From the NCBI GenBank assembly GCA_963693365.1, contig CAVNZM010000004.1, positions 516,448 through 580,447 on the forward strand: 64,000 nt of DNA, read 5' to 3'. The notes below the pieces were generated by a model that ran no database searches, was not told the DNA's origin, and saw nothing but the letters and a program-made list of their open reading frames with translations. This stretch comes from Amoebidium appalachense (taxonomy: Eukaryota > Protista > Ichthyosporea). The position numbers and the translations under genes were made by a program. Of this stretch, positions 1-15,065 are shown piece by piece. The first letter of the stretch is position 1. The number at the start of each line of letters is the position of its first letter.

Positions 1-127
1 AGCCCCCACTTCACCCACGCCATATATGATGATACCCGGCACATATCCATGCGCACGAAAACACTCGTTAAACCTCCTTGACGCACCCAGCGGTGGCCAC
101 ACGCACAAGCACACATGTACACCGTGT

Positions 128-188
<61 letters not shown>

Positions 189-390
189 CAGACGCACACA
201 CACAAAAAAAAAAACACTTATATACACAGACACACACACGTTTGCTAAATGCTTCTGGCCGTTTCACCCGGGGTGCAATTGTTACTAATATTCTTCTTGT
301 GCATGCAACTCGACGTACATTCGTGCTACTTATAGCTTATGGGATCACTACCAACCCCCCCCCACCCCCCCATCTCTCTCTCTCTCTCTC

Positions 391-428
<38 letters not shown>

Positions 429-3366
429 TTACTGTGTGTCATACCGTCCTCGCTTCCTCCCCCCCTCCCCCCCCCCCCCTCCCCCCCCCCCCCCCCCCCC
501 CCATTGCGACCACTCGGCGTACGGCCGGTGACTACCACCAGCACCTGCAGCAAGCCCTTCACCCACCCACCCACCCACTTGATTCGACCCCGTGACACAC
601 GCACCTTTTCCCTGATATGCGGACAATGCCTTTTCATCTTTTGACCCTGCCGTCGTATTTTTTTTTTCTTTCTTTCTTTTTTTGTTTTTTCAACTTCAAC
701 TACTAAAATGGCTGGAGCTGGGGGAAGCGATCGAGGGTTAATGGGGGAATAAGGCGGGGGGGAGGGGGGGGGGAGGGGGGTTATCATGGACTCGGCACAC
801 ATATGGGTTATATACACAGCTTTATTCGCCATTCAAAATGGACTGTATGCATATATCACATTATAAATCTTTCTACATAGGCTGCAAACACACTGTAAAC
901 ATATGCGACCAAAACCGACTGTACATGTCTCAGATGATGAATCTACACGTGCAGCATCTGCACCTCACAATCTACACCAGCTATATCTCGCATTCTATAT
1001 TAGCTATATATGTATATTACAACAACACCTTCTGTGCGTATACATCTCACCTCTTACATTTGCATTATCGCACACTACTACATTGGCTTGACTCGCAATC
1101 CAAATTCAACAGGGCATTATCCTCATCAAAAAACGTCAAGTCTACGTTGACAACTTACGCATGTGCAAGGTTGAAATCACTGTCACCTTTGTTCACAGTC
1201 TACATACACCAGAGTGCAACGTCCGATTGGTCTACTCATTCTCCGCTAGTTATGGGGCAGGTTTTGGTTTAGTGCACTATTGAAAATACAGAACCCTGCT
1301 ACCTTGGGGGCAGCCGCTCATCCCCCCCCCCCCCCCCCCCCCCCTTTCCCTGTCTCTCTCTCTCTTTCCCCCCCCCCCCAAATCAATGTCCATTTTTTTG
1401 TTTGCTTGTTTGTTGGTTTTTTTAACAACAACCAAAAAAAAAAGAAGGAAGAAAAAAAAGAAGAAAAAAACACAGCCGCCCTCTCGCCAGCAGAACTCAA
1501 AGTGGTGTCACGGCAGGGACCGACCAGGGGTGTTTCCCTCCTTCCGCCTGCCCAGCAAGAGTAAGCCTGCTTAACCTCCCAGGGGGCACAGTGTGCTGGT
1601 TGCTGCAGCCACAAATATTTAATAGGTCACAGGGGGGTGGCCTACCCGCTACCTACCCGCTTTCCGTATGGTTCATCCTAAGCTGCGAAAAATGCTGTAT
1701 CGTTGAGCAAAACTCTGCACCGTGATGCATACACGAACACAAACTTGCGCACGCATACATGTACACACATGCACAACAAGCCAGCAGAGGGATGTAGCAC
1801 ATCGAGATCGCAAGCACACACCTGCACACAAAAACGCGTGCGCACACACACACAGGAACATTCATTCGCTTTCGCACGACCATGGTCAAAATTCCCGGAC
1901 CCTGTGCTGAACTTCCGGCGTCACAGGTGACCCACAGCCATTGGCCCCTCTCAGTGAGAGGTTTGAGCGGCCCCCCCCCCCCCCCCCCTTTTTTTTTTTT
2001 TTTTTTTGTTTTGTTTTCCATTTCCTCCCTCTTTCCGTCCCTTTCTCTCTCCCTATCTCCCTCTTTCCCACTCTTTCCCCCCCCTCGTCCCCCCCTCCCC
2101 TCTCCACCCTCTCCACCCCTCTCTCTCCCTTTCCCCCCCCCCCACCTCCGTCCCCACCCCCGTCTTCCCTTTCTCCCTTCCCTACGCTACAACACACACA
2201 CATGCATCTGCACATATAAGCACATGCACACACATGCACACACATGCACACACATGCACATGTACACACGCACGCACACACACACGCACACGTACACATG
2301 CCCCCCCCCCCCCCCCCCCCCCCCCCTCACTCCCTCCCTTCCTCTCGCTCTCTCTCGCCTTTTTTTTTTTTTTTTTTTTTTTTTGGGGGGGGGGGGGGCA
2401 CGGGCTAGCTGAGGCCGGCTGGGCAGAAGTGTGGCAGCAGTTGCCCTGGAGGGTTGGTGGCGTCCTTTGGAGGTTGCCCCAAGGCCTGAGCCCAGGCCAC
2501 AGTAGAAAGGACTCGAATATAAAGGTAATATTAGCGTGCCATTACAACCCCCCCCCCCCCCGGCCCCCCCCTTGGTGGATTCTTTTTTCCAACACATGTG
2601 GCAACATTCGCAACCTTTCTTCTATTGAGTGATATACAGTGCTGGTTGCTAATTCCTGTATGTTTTAGTGTCGTGAATTGCATGGGGAGGGCCCATTGAT
2701 GCTCCCTCGAACACAGGCCCATGCACACCTGTGCTGCTTGAATGTTGATTCATTATTACCATCACTCGCATCCCCTTCCCCTCCACTTTCTCATGCGCTC
2801 CCCCCCCCCTCCCCCCTCCCCCCCCCCCCCCTTTTTTTTTTCCCCTCCCGTCGCGGCACACAGAACATGAGCAATTAGACACACGTACCATCATGCACGT
2901 GAATGCACACGTACCAAGCGCACACAGTCCAAACCTCAAGCCACCCACTATAAAAAAACCAAACAAGTCACGGGGCCCAAGGAGCGTACACACCCAGCAC
3001 ACAAACACAACTCAGCCCTCAACCCACCCACCCACCATCAAAAACCAGAATAAGCCAAGACTTGAAGAAAGAATACGACCCACCACCTACCCCAAACGCG
3101 GTGCTGAGTTTTTGCACAATATCCCCCCACCCCACCCCACCTCCTCCCACCCTCCCCCCTTTTGCTGCGCCCACTGCCCGTGCACTCACGCCCATCCTTT
3201 CACCCCCCCCGGGCTCTCCGTCGGACGCACGGCAGCACTCAGCAGGCAAGGCGCTGGGCCAGGGCAGAGGCTGGGGGGGTTGGCTGCAGGCAGGCACGTG
3301 GCCACCACAACTGCCCGTGCACACACACACCACGGGGCTGGACAACAAGGGGCACGTGTCTGCATT

Positions 3367-3650
3367 GCAACTGGGTGGCAGCAGGGTTTCAAATTTCAAG
3401 TGGGGGGCAGCAGAATGGCCCAATTTCAACGGATGGGCAGCAGACTGTGCAAATTTCAGCTGGAGGGCATCCCAATCGAGGGACAGCAAAATGCCGTAAT
3501 GTCAATCGAGGGACCTCAAGGTATCCCAACATCAACTGAGGGGCAGTGAGATATCCAAATAACAACTGGGGGGAGGAAAATATCCAAAATATGACCTGAG
3601 TGGCCTGCAAAATATCCAAATTCCAACCGAGGGGCACCCAAGTTTTAACC
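3367..3650. repeat. Degenerate 30-bp tandem repeat (~10 units)
   Basis: Unit starts at 3396, 3426, 3456, 3502, 3532, 3562, ~3592 and 3623; consensus approximately TCAACTGAGGGGCAGCA.AATATCCAAATT. Confidence 0.7.
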
Positions 3651-4602
3651 TTGGCGCATCAATTCTCCAAATTTCAAGCTTGTTATCTGCCGTCGTCTCA
3701 TTTTGCCATGGTCAGCACCCAGCACCCTGCCACCTTTTGCTCTACATTCCAGCCACGGCACCGACTGATGTGTGTGCTGGATGGCTGCCGTCTGTTCGAA
3801 GCTGCAGTTGAATCACTCAGGCCGGCCGGGGTGTGGCCGGGGGGGGGGTGTACGTGCTCGGTGACTGCTGCACCCCACTGAAAATCATGCAGGAGAGAGA
3901 AAAGGGGACAAAACACGCAAAAACGAACAAGCAAGCAGGGGGAAAGGAAAGGGCAGGGGGAAAAAGAACAACAAAAAGGTAGCCGCCTCTACACGAAGTA
4001 TGATCGATCTACCAACTGAGACTGCCCTATGGACCACAGGGGTGAGACTGTGAACGAGTATCTCGGCGAAGGAAATATTATAAGCTTGGCCAATAGATTT
4101 TTGCCCGTGTATATGTAAGCGCAGAAGTTGTGTGTTAAGTATTGGTGCATGTATGTGAATCGTATAAAACTATAATGTAGCGTGTGAGATGTAGATAAAG
4201 GCCAGATTGTGGACTGTGTGATACATAGTCAGTCAATAAAATCAAAAAATAAATTAAAAAAAAGTAGGGATTATACTGAATTTTGGATATACTATGATGT
4301 TTGGTGCATTATTGATGCTGGCAATGTAGAATGTAGCCTAATGTCTAATGATGCTTGGTGTGTTAGCCGATGTTGACTGTGGGGTGCACGGAGCTGCACT
4401 TCGTTTGTACTTCATGTAGGACATATTAGTCAGTGCTTACAGTGAAATACTTGTGTAGCACACCATTGAATTTCAGTGAAAAAGCCGAATCAGAGACCGA
4501 TCCGGAAATGAAAACAAAGTAAAAATTGAATTGATTCAGTCAAAAGCTTGCAGCAGATGAGTCCATCATAAAAAAATAAAAAAAACTGGCCGAACCCATC
4601 CT

Positions 4603-4650
<48 letters not shown>

Positions 4651-4813
4651 AAAAAGCCCCATGTGATTGTGAGGATGGTTACCGGCAATTTGACTCCGAA
4701 GATAATTTCCGGACTTTTGCCGTTTTTACCGTTCGTCCTATTCCCCATCTATGCTGCTGCGCGACGTGAGTTCATGTATGCGAGAGAGATTGTGTGCAGG
4801 TGACTCGATGTGG

Positions 4814-4873
<60 letters not shown>

Positions 4874-4909
4874 ATGTGTGTGCACGCGTGTTTTCTTTTT
4901 TTTTTTTTT

Positions 4910-4940
<31 letters not shown>

Positions 4941-5954
4941 GGCACGGCTGCATACATTGGAAGGCCTCCATGGAAAAGCAGATGAATCATATTAATGGCC
5001 TTGTGTGGTACGTTGTACAACCTTTCGCTGGGATCATTGCACACGTGGTTTCTGATATCTCCTGTTTTGTCCCCGGCCCTTGACTCTCTGGCACTCTGGA
5101 CCGCTAGCCTAGGAGCGGTAGTACCGTACAGGCGTCTTTCAAGATTGGAGCACCGACTGTGTACAAGGTGTACACTAGCTAGCTAGGAATATATTGAATA
5201 TTAACAATGAGCAAAGCTACCCCTCCATTCATTGGTTCTTTAAGGCAGCCTCATTTTGCCACAGAGGTGTACATTATGCCTTTTATGCGCATGGCAATAT
5301 TTTTCTGCGAACAAAGCTTCTAAGGATGTGAATGACATGGATGGGAATGTGGCCCTCCGGCATATGGAATGTACTGAGCTGGGACATGTGGCATTAAATG
5401 CATGGACCAAATTAGTCGGAGATGTGGCAATTCGGTCCTTTCACATTGTGGTCATGGCTGGTCATGGCATCTGTACACGGACACACCTGCACCCAGGCTG
5501 GGCCATGGGCCCGCGATTGCATTATGGCCACCAATGAAATTTTGGGCAACCCAGAGTTTGAACTTAAGAAGACGCCAGACAGACAGTTGCGCTGCCTAGG
5601 TATTTGTAGTTGGCACCACGGCGTATGAAAACACAGGCAGAATTACAAAAAAGTCATTTACTGTACAGAAAACTTGTCGGAGCACGTGCGACTCCCATGT
5701 GACATGTGACGTAAACAAGCATGTGCAAAAGCGCCAAGAATGTATTTTAAAAAACACATATGATAGGTGTTTTAGATGGCACAAAGATTTAACAGATACT
5801 TGGTAAAAATATCTCCCCAGACAGGTCATGCAAACATATGCCCGTCTGCTTGGGTTGATTTCGCAACCTCCAAAAAGTTTTTGAGTCGCCAGCTGAGAGA
5901 GCACCACGGCACTTATTTTCTTCTTCCTTCCCTAAGACACACGCTAACTTCAAC

Positions 5955-7002
5955 ATGGATGACTCAGATCTTGATATGGACATGATGGGCATGGACGAGC
6001 CCATGAACCTGTTCTGGGGTGCGTATTTCTCAAATGGACGGTTTAGGCCTTATCTTCACGACGTTGATTTGGGATCCTAATCTCTGTAGTTGTGGTAGGC
6101 TCTAGTGGGCTTTGGGGAGAGGGGGAGGAATGGACGGGTGGTAAGGAGGGAGGGACGGATGGCTGAGGGGGAAGGAGGTGGGGTGAGGAGGGGGGCGGCG
6201 GGGAGAGGGAAGAGGAGTGAGTTTGCGATGTGTGTGCTGTGAAGGGAGAGGGTTTCGTCCGTGCAAAACTATGTGTAAGGTGGTCGCTGGGAGGCCAGGG
6301 CGGCGGGGCAGGAGGCACCGAGGCCCTATAAAGGTCCTTTGAGTCCAGGTATATGACAGCTGCAACTCTGACCCCCTTCTGCGACTATTCCGAACCACTG
6401 TTCCATCTCTCAACACCACAACCACACCCAAGGGTTCACTCACACAAGCTCATCAGCTCCCTGCACTCGAGTTCCACCAGAACCCACATAAACCTGACCA
6501 TCACATATGCAAGGCCACACGACAGAAACCACCCTTATACGTGCATTCTGCAGCTTCTACTCCTCTTTTCCTCCTGGTTTCTCATATTTCTTTCCCCCCA
6601 ACTGTCCTTTGCTGCTTCGCTTGCACATGCTCACACGGTGATCAGGTCTCAACATCGAGGGCGGCAACAAGTACAGCCAGACCGTGTCCCAGCCGTTCCA
6701 GATCTCTACGGTGGGTGTTCTTTTGCTGCAGTGGAAGCAATGTGCGCAGCTATGGGTTGCTGCCTCGTTTTGTATTCTTCCTTGTCTCGCTTCATCCTTG
6801 AAGCAGAACATTTATGGCACCAGGCTCGCCGTTTCCCTCTCACCCCCCCACTCACGCTCCTTTCTGCCAGAAGTGTTTCCATATCCTCGTCTTTCCCCAA
6901 CACCTTTTTCCCTGATAGCTGGCAGCTGGCCATGTCTCTGGTGAAGCAGTTCACCGTTTCTCTCTTTGCAGCCCACACACACACACAATCTCTCTCTCCC
7001 CC

Positions 7003-7090
<88 letters not shown>

Positions 7091-7301
7091 CTCTCTCTCT
7101 CTCTCATTCTTTTCCCTCCCTCCCCCCTCTCCCTCCCCCCTCCCTCCCTCCTCCTCCCTCCTTTTGTCACTCTCTTTCTCCCTCTGCCTCCCCTCCTCTG
7201 CCTCCCTCCCTCCCTTTCTCCCTCTTTAGTCTCTCTACTCTCGCCCTCACTTTGGGCCGTCTCGCTTTTCTCTCTTTCTTCCCCTCCCCCCCCTCCCCCG
7301 G

Positions 7302-7335
<34 letters not shown>

Positions 7336-8450
7336 ACTCCCTCTCCCTCTCCCTCTCCATCTCTCTCTCTCTCTTCGTCCCACCCACCCTCTCACTATCA
7401 CGCACACTATCTTTCACACATACTCTCCGTACCTTCTCTATCTCTCTGCCCTTTCTCTCTCTCTCTTTCTCTCTCTATAGCCTTCCATCTCCCTTCCTCT
7501 CTCTCTCCCCGCTCCCCCCCCCCCCCCCCCCCCGGGGCCTTTTCCTCAGGGGCCTAATCCTGTTTGCTGTATCAACTTCCACGCTCTCCGTTTGTCCATC
7601 GTGCCCACAACTACCACATGCAAGAGCAAACATCAACTCCCCCCCCCCCTCCCCCCACCCCACATCATCTCCGTGCCTTACATGAGTATGTGCATCCCCT
7701 TCCCCCACCTCCCCCATCTCCACCTCTTTCTAACGGCTCACAATCACCATCCCCTTTAGCTCACACAGCCCCCGTTTCCTCCTTACTGTTAACTGACTGT
7801 GTGCACAGGCTGCGCTTAGCCCCGATGCCAAGGCCGGCAACCACTATGTGTATATGACCGTGGAGGACAATGACTTCCTTCTGTGCACGCTCAATAAGGA
7901 CAAGGTGCGTGCACGTGCACACACACAGCCAGGGGGAGGGTAGAGGGGGGGGGGGGGAGAGAGAGAGAGAGAAGGAGATGAAGTGCAGCCTTTTTTTTAT
8001 CGGCTTTTGCGTAGATACTTGCAATTGGGACACTGCTACAGAGATAGTCACGGTGATGGATGGGCGGGGGGGAGGGGGGGAAGCACACGCGTACACACAA
8101 GCTCAGAGACCCAAACATTCACATACCGTCAGACTTCCTGCCTGTCTGCAGCCATGCAGCCATCTGTGCGCCTTTACTAAGACTTGGTCCTATTGGAAAT
8201 GCAAATCAACTCCCGCTTCCCCCCCCCTCGCCGTCCCTCTTCCGACCCCTTCCCCCCCCCCCCCAAACACACACATAATCACACACACAAACACACACCA
8301 CATGCCGGGTACAGATGTCTGTTTTTGGTTGTGCTAGGAGGGCATGTTGCTGTGTGCTGACTTTTTTGTGCAGTGGCCACAGCAGAGTGTCAACGTGCAG
8401 GTCGGCCTGGGAGAGACTATTAAGTTCCACGTCAAGCCAAAGGAGTACGT

Positions 8451-8502
<52 letters not shown>

Positions 8503-8898
8503 AGATGCACGTGGACACACAAAAGTACACATAAAAACTCCCCCCTCCACTCCCCCTCCCCCCCCCCCCCCCCCTTACCTTGGACACACACATATTTGCT
8601 CATTCACTCAATTTGTTTCACAAACAAAGAACGTCAACTACTTTGGTTCTGTTCCCTCGTCATGCCTGTGTTTCTTGATGCACATGTGGAAGAGGAATTT
8701 CTGACCTGTCTGAGTCTGCCTCCTGGAATGGTGTCTTCCCAATGGGGCACAGGGTGTGTTCAGACCTGTAATGTGCGTGCCCTTAACGGCAGCCCCTCAA
8801 CCGTTTTTATTTCCTCCCCGTTTTCGAGTTGCAGGGGCTCTTGCGAAACTATGTTTGGCTGATACCCTTTCCCGCATCCTTCCTTGCACATCATGCAC

Positions 8899-8960
<62 letters not shown>

Positions 8961-9417
8961 GCTGGTGGGCCTGTTTCTCTCACCGGTTACTTCCTTGGTG
9001 AACCGGGGGATGAAGATATGAGCGATATGGACGATGAGGAAGATGAAGACGATGAGATGGTGCGAATTTCTTCCCTATTGTGAATTTATGTTTTGATGCA
9101 ATTCTTTTCTTTTGTGAATTTATGTTTTGGTGTGATTTTTCCGTCTTTGGCAAATCTGTGTTTTGATGTGTTGTCTGCTTCTTCGGTGATGACGTTTCTT
9201 TACGTTTCACGAATCGGGTTTTGGGGGGTGCGCTAGGTTCGGTGGGAGTGGTTTCCAGGGCGTGAAGGGGTCTGGAGGTCTGGGTAGATGTGTAGGTTGT
9301 TATTGCAGCTGTCCGTGTTTGTCGTCTGAGGTGGTTGGCTGGAGTTGGGAGGTGCTAGAGTGCCTGTGTGTGGGTGTGTTATGGGCTTTTTTCTTTTTTT
9401 TGTGGGTGTGTGTGTGT

Positions 9418-9477
<60 letters not shown>

Positions 9478-9802
9478 CTGTGTGCTGATGGTAAGGAATA
9501 GAGAGTTTTGGTCTTTCGATATCCAGGGCTGTGTTGGTCGGGCAGTGCACGACAACCAGAAGGATTTACTCGTGCCTCTATTTTCGATCTTCCTCTTTGT
9601 ACCTGTACTTCAGTTCGCACCATTGTGTGGCGGCGGACACACAGACACGCACACACGCGCGCACGCGCACAGAGAGAGAGAGGGGGGGGGGGGGAGAGAG
9701 AGAGAGAGAAACGTGCACAGGCACACAGGCACACACCTACGCTTACCCTCCCTCCCTTCCTTCCCCCCCCCCTCCCCCCCCCCCCCCCCCCCCCCACAAA
9801 CA

Positions 9803-9838
<36 letters not shown>

Positions 9839-10965
9839 TGATCATGGGTCCTGACGGAGACTCAGAGGATGAAGAGGATGAGGAGGAGGTCTCAGGGCTG
9901 AAGAATGGCAAGCCAAGAGTCAGAGAGCTGGCGTCAGATGAGGAGCCATCGGATGACGAGACAGACTCGAAGAAGAGACCGGCACAACAGCAGCAGAAGG
10001 TGGGTCACACACGTACTCATGCATATGGGCACACACATACACACATACACATGTGCACACGAATGCATATGGGCACACATGCACACATGCACATGGGCAC
10101 ATGGGCATACACGTACACAGATGCACATGTTCACAGACATACACATGCACACACACACACACACACACAACACCCGGAATAGAATATCTTACCACCTTTT
10201 CCTTTCCCGCCTGTCCAGCCCACCTATCCATAGGATACGTTGTGCTGTGTTTGCTTGCTCTTGGACAACTCAGACTATGCCTGGATGTTCCCCCCTAAAA
10301 AAAAAAAAAAAAAAAAAAAAATGAAAAAAGAAAGAAAAAAAAAAAAACATGCAGCTGCCTATTGTTAACGCACAGTCACAGCACACAGACACATCATAGC
10401 ACCTCTCTGCCTTTTCCGTGAGATGTTGTTTTGGGTTTCCATTGCATGTGTGTGTGTGTTGGCCTCCTTGAAAGGGTTGAGAATGTGTGAACCTAGTTGT
10501 TGTACAACTAGGTCACCTGGGTAGTTATTCACACACTGCCACCACGGCATTGCCTGACTTTGGCCTTCTCTCTCTTCCTCAGCACAGCCCCACCCACCCA
10601 TGCATTTACACATCCAACCACCCACATAATCCCCTTCATCTACCCACGTTCACACCTCTCTGCCCACCCACCCTAACACCCCTCTATCCCCCCCCCCCCC
10701 CCTCTTTCCCCCAATACCCACCCACGCACCCCCGTACCTCCCTACCCATCCCCAGCCGGCAGCCAAGAAGCTCAAGGCCGAGCCTGCAGCTGTCGTGGCC
10801 AAACCCGAAGGCAGCAAATCCCCCAAGGAGACAGCAAAGCCCCAGCAAAAGGAAACCCCCAAACAGAAAGAAACACCTAAGCCGAAGGAAACCCCAAAGA
10901 CCGACAACAAGAAGGAGCAGAAGTCGGAGAAGAAGCAGGAGCCCAAGCCGAAGCAGCAGGTGTGT

Positions 10966-11005
<40 letters not shown>

Positions 11006-11121
11006 GGTGGGTGGGTGGATGAAAGGGCTTGGCAGGGTGTGGGTGTGTGTGGCTGTGGTCGTGGATGTGTGTTTCGTGTGCTTCTCTCTCTCTTCCCCTC
11101 CCTCCCTCCCTCCCTCCCTCC

Positions 11122-11153
<32 letters not shown>

Positions 11154-11158
11154 CCCCC

Positions 11159-11205
<47 letters not shown>

Positions 11206-14111
11206 TCTCTCTCTCTTTCCCCCTCCCTCCCCCTCTCCCTCCCTTCCTATCTTTTCTTTTCTTTTTTCTCTCTTTTTTTTTTTTTTTTTTTTTTTTGGGA
11301 GGGGGGAGGGGGGGGAACTCCGGATGCCTCAGAAATCTCCTTGTGGTCCAATGTCTGCATGGTTGTGTCGCTGTGGATATGCAGACATGTGCTCATACTG
11401 ACCCAGGGTCCATCAGAAACTCAATGGGGGTGTTGTGATCGAGGATGTCGTGGTCGGCACAGGGCCCAAGGCAAAGCGTGGCCAGGCGGTGAGTGCACTG
11501 TGAACCATGCATAGATGCTTCCCTGCTTCAGGGTCCCTTTGCGAGCACTTGATAACCCCCCTCCCCCCCCAACCCCCCCCCTCCCACACACACACACACA
11601 GCTGGAAAGATCTGAAAAAAGAGAATGGGAGGGTTTTTCGGGGGGGGGGGGGGGGGGGGGTATTATGGTTGTGCCCTTAACGGACTCAGGGGTGGCATGT
11701 CCCAAACGGTACATGCCACATTAAAACTAAGGAATTCGCGCGCGTGGTGACCATGTCAAAGGCTCGACATAAATTGCATGCGTCAGGCGTATCCTTTTAA
11801 GAAAAACGATTATTGCACTGTTTGGCATTGATGTTGTGCGTGTACGTTTCAAAGTTTGGGTTTTCTAGCAATCGCTTGTCTTCTTTTTGAGTTTAGGGTT
11901 ATGTCCAGGAGTGTGTTTTTTACAGCACATATTTGCGAAATTCTTAGATAAAAGCGTGGGGTCGATGCTGGTGCCTGTGCGTGGGCCGGAGACCAGTCCG
12001 GTGGATATCAGAGCGTAGTCTACGACTGCCGCAGCTTTTTAGATGCACGTTTGAGATGACGATTACATATACAGATTACAGAAGGAGTCTCTCAAATATT
12101 ATTGGCTGTATCCTCGATTTGATACGACGAGCACATGTATATAGAATTCTGAGACATGTAATAATACGCTCTCGAGGTGGCTTTCATGCAGCAGGAATAA
12201 ACCCCTAAAAACTAAAAACCGGTATAACTTTTGTTTTGCTGTTTACTACTTGACTCGGCAGACCACAACAAAAAACACAAGTCTACAACCATCGCCGATC
12301 CAAATTTTTTCCGATGCGTCATCCTTGATGCCAACCAGCTGCATTTTTGCACATTGTACTCTTCTTATGGCTAAGACAAAGCTATATCATACTGTAAAAC
12401 GTAATATATAATATATTAAAATGTTTTTTATTGGTTCTTTTAATTTTTTAATAGCTTTTTAGTTATTGACATATTGCAGGTACATAACGACAGCTGATAT
12501 GTTTGAACGTGTATCACACGTGCTGCGGGGCTGGTGCTCTGCAAACTTAGAGTTGGTGATTGGCTCGATGTCTGCAGGACCAATTGCCCGCGGTTCGAGC
12601 TAACAGACACGACCCAGAGACTTTGGAACTAGTGCATTCATGGGCACGATTTCACAGTAAATAGGTCAAGAAATGTTTTATTTATTACAAATTATAAGCT
12701 AACAGCAGTAGATAGGTCATAAAAAGTTTTGTTGGTTTTCCGTGATATATGACCGCTGACTCCTACCATCTCTGCTCGACTCGGGCCGCGAAAGAGGCCT
12801 GTGATATGCCACTTAGCAGTGCACCTGGCCTGTATGAACTTCCTCACTATGATTGGGCTATGCTTTCTCAATAGAACTGGGCAGTATATGTCCAGTGAAT
12901 TTTATGCTGATAAATGCATGAGAAACGCAGAATATTTGTGTAAAGAACAGTTTTATGGATATTTTTAATGTTATACTACTCTTTGTTCATCGGGCTACAA
13001 GAGTCGAAGTCGTTTTTCATGAGTCATATTCGGAGCCTTGACTCGATCCTTGGCTTATTGGAATAAAGTCATGTATAGCTCTGCCGGATGTTGGCTGCAC
13101 TCGGTCAGGTTGGACGCTATTGGCTTCTTGAGATCTCCCTTCCCGGCTGCAAATGAAGACCCCATTTCCATTTGTATGTAACTGAAAAAATGTAAAATAA
13201 AGCTTCTACAGAACTGAAGTTTACATTAATTTTTTATTTTGTATTTCTATGACTGCACACAATTCTTTACACTTTATGGTTTCAGTGTAGCTGGAATCCA
13301 TAAACTATATTTTCGCAAACGTTAGGTAACACACAATTCATTTCGCTGAATTTCCTAAGGGGTGTTGTGGGATTCAGTGCCCCCGGCTCCGCCCGGCCCG
13401 GGAATGTGCGCATGCAACTGGTGACGGCGTCTACAATTACCCTTTGCTCCTTTAGTGCAAAGAAATGCATAATTTGTAGAAAGATGTATGCATTTATTTT
13501 AGTTTTATTTCTTTTACCCAACCATTTGTACACATTCAAGGCTCACTCTATTGTGATCTAATAATGCGACGCCGGAGGCGCGGCCCGCGAGCGCGCCCCA
13601 TCCATGTTGCTCAACTTTGATACCGGTTGTAATATCCGAATACCCGGGTTCATATACACCGGAGGCTGGAATTACAGACTTTCCGTATATCGCGGGGATT
13701 CTATTTCTAGGAACCCGGGGTATGGAGAGCCACTCATCTCGAAACCGGCAATCGATGTCACATAATGCCATTTATTTCAAAGAAGTCATCGCAGAGGGCA
13801 CATGCGAGGGCGATAATATGTCTCTAAATATAGTTTAGTGACGCTAACAAAGAAAATATTTACATGTTTGTTCATTTCTTTTTCCAATATTATACTTCAA
13901 CCTGCACCCTGCATGGCAAATCTGCCCAGTATAGGGAGAAATTCCAAATTCAACTTCCCCGGAGTCCGTTAAGCAAGTATGTTGATAGACACCAGCGCGC
14001 CTCGCTAGCACTTAGCTCCACCATGCTCTGCCACAGCGAACCACCCAATCCTGCATCCACTCCCCTCCCCCCCCTCTCTCTCTCTCTCCCCCCCCCCCCC
14101 CCCCCCCCCCC

Positions 14112-14172
<61 letters not shown>

Positions 14173-14648
14173 GCGCGCGCGCTTCTTCTCCCTCGTTGCT
14201 CATGCTGGCGGTGGGCACAGGTTGGTGTGGAGTATGTTGGGCGGCTGGCCAGCAACCAGAAGATCTTTGACCAGAACGTCGGCAAGAAGCCCTTTCGCTT
14301 CAAGCTGGGCTACGGCGAGGTCATCAAGGGCTGGGACGTCGGTGTCGAGGGTACGTGCTCTTATTTATTTAACTCGAGTACAAATACTTGTTCAACGTGG
14401 TGTCTATGAGAGGTCCAGATCGCGGGGCGGGGCGGGGGGGGAGGGGAGGGGGGGGGGAGTTGATCGGTCATTCGTATGAGAAACCCCAGAAAACGTCTTG
14501 CAAAGGAAGCCCCTACGGAGGAACCTCTCTGTCTTTTCTCTTCTTTTTGTGAATGGGGGGGCACGTGTAGGTAAGCACTGCTGCTGTATTCCGTCCAGTG
14601 ATTTTTCCTCTTGCTTGGTTGTGATTGATGTGTACATATGATTCCACA

Positions 14649-14681
<33 letters not shown>

Positions 14682-14767
14682 CCTATTCACATGGTACTTG
14701 GGCCCACAGGCATGCAGGTTGGCGGCAAGCGTATCATCCGCATCCCAGCAGCCATGGCGTAAGATAT

Positions 14768-14799
<32 letters not shown>

Positions 14800-15023
14800 T
14801 CCTCCTCCTGCTCCTCTTAGTTCCCACGGCTACCCATCCACATTTCAGTTTGCTGTGGCTGTGCTCACACAGGCACGGCATGGAGCATTATGCATCCCCT
14901 AGAGCAAGACACGTGACCGAAGGATGCAAAAAGGGCTCTTGTGTTTATCTGCTTGCATGCTGTTCCTGATATTAGCTAGCTTCTACTACGTGAATTCGCG
15001 GTTGTCAGTGGCAAGGCAGATGA

Positions 15024-15065
<42 letters not shown>

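Noticed and set aside
480-2530. Exon-like GC-balanced islands between microsatellite blocks
   Set aside because: They could not be joined into a consistent reading frame or a recognisable protein on either strand.
3972-4032. tRNA-like A-box on the minus strand (GGGCAGTCTCAGTTGGTAGATC) followed by TTTTT
   Set aside because: No B-box/T-arm (GTTCRA) and no cloverleaf, so a tRNA or SINE call cannot be supported.
5683-5715. E-box/CRE-like motifs upstream of the nucleolar FKBP gene (possible Myc target)
   Set aside because: CACGTG is very common in this CA/GT-rich sequence, so it is uninformative without enrichment statistics.
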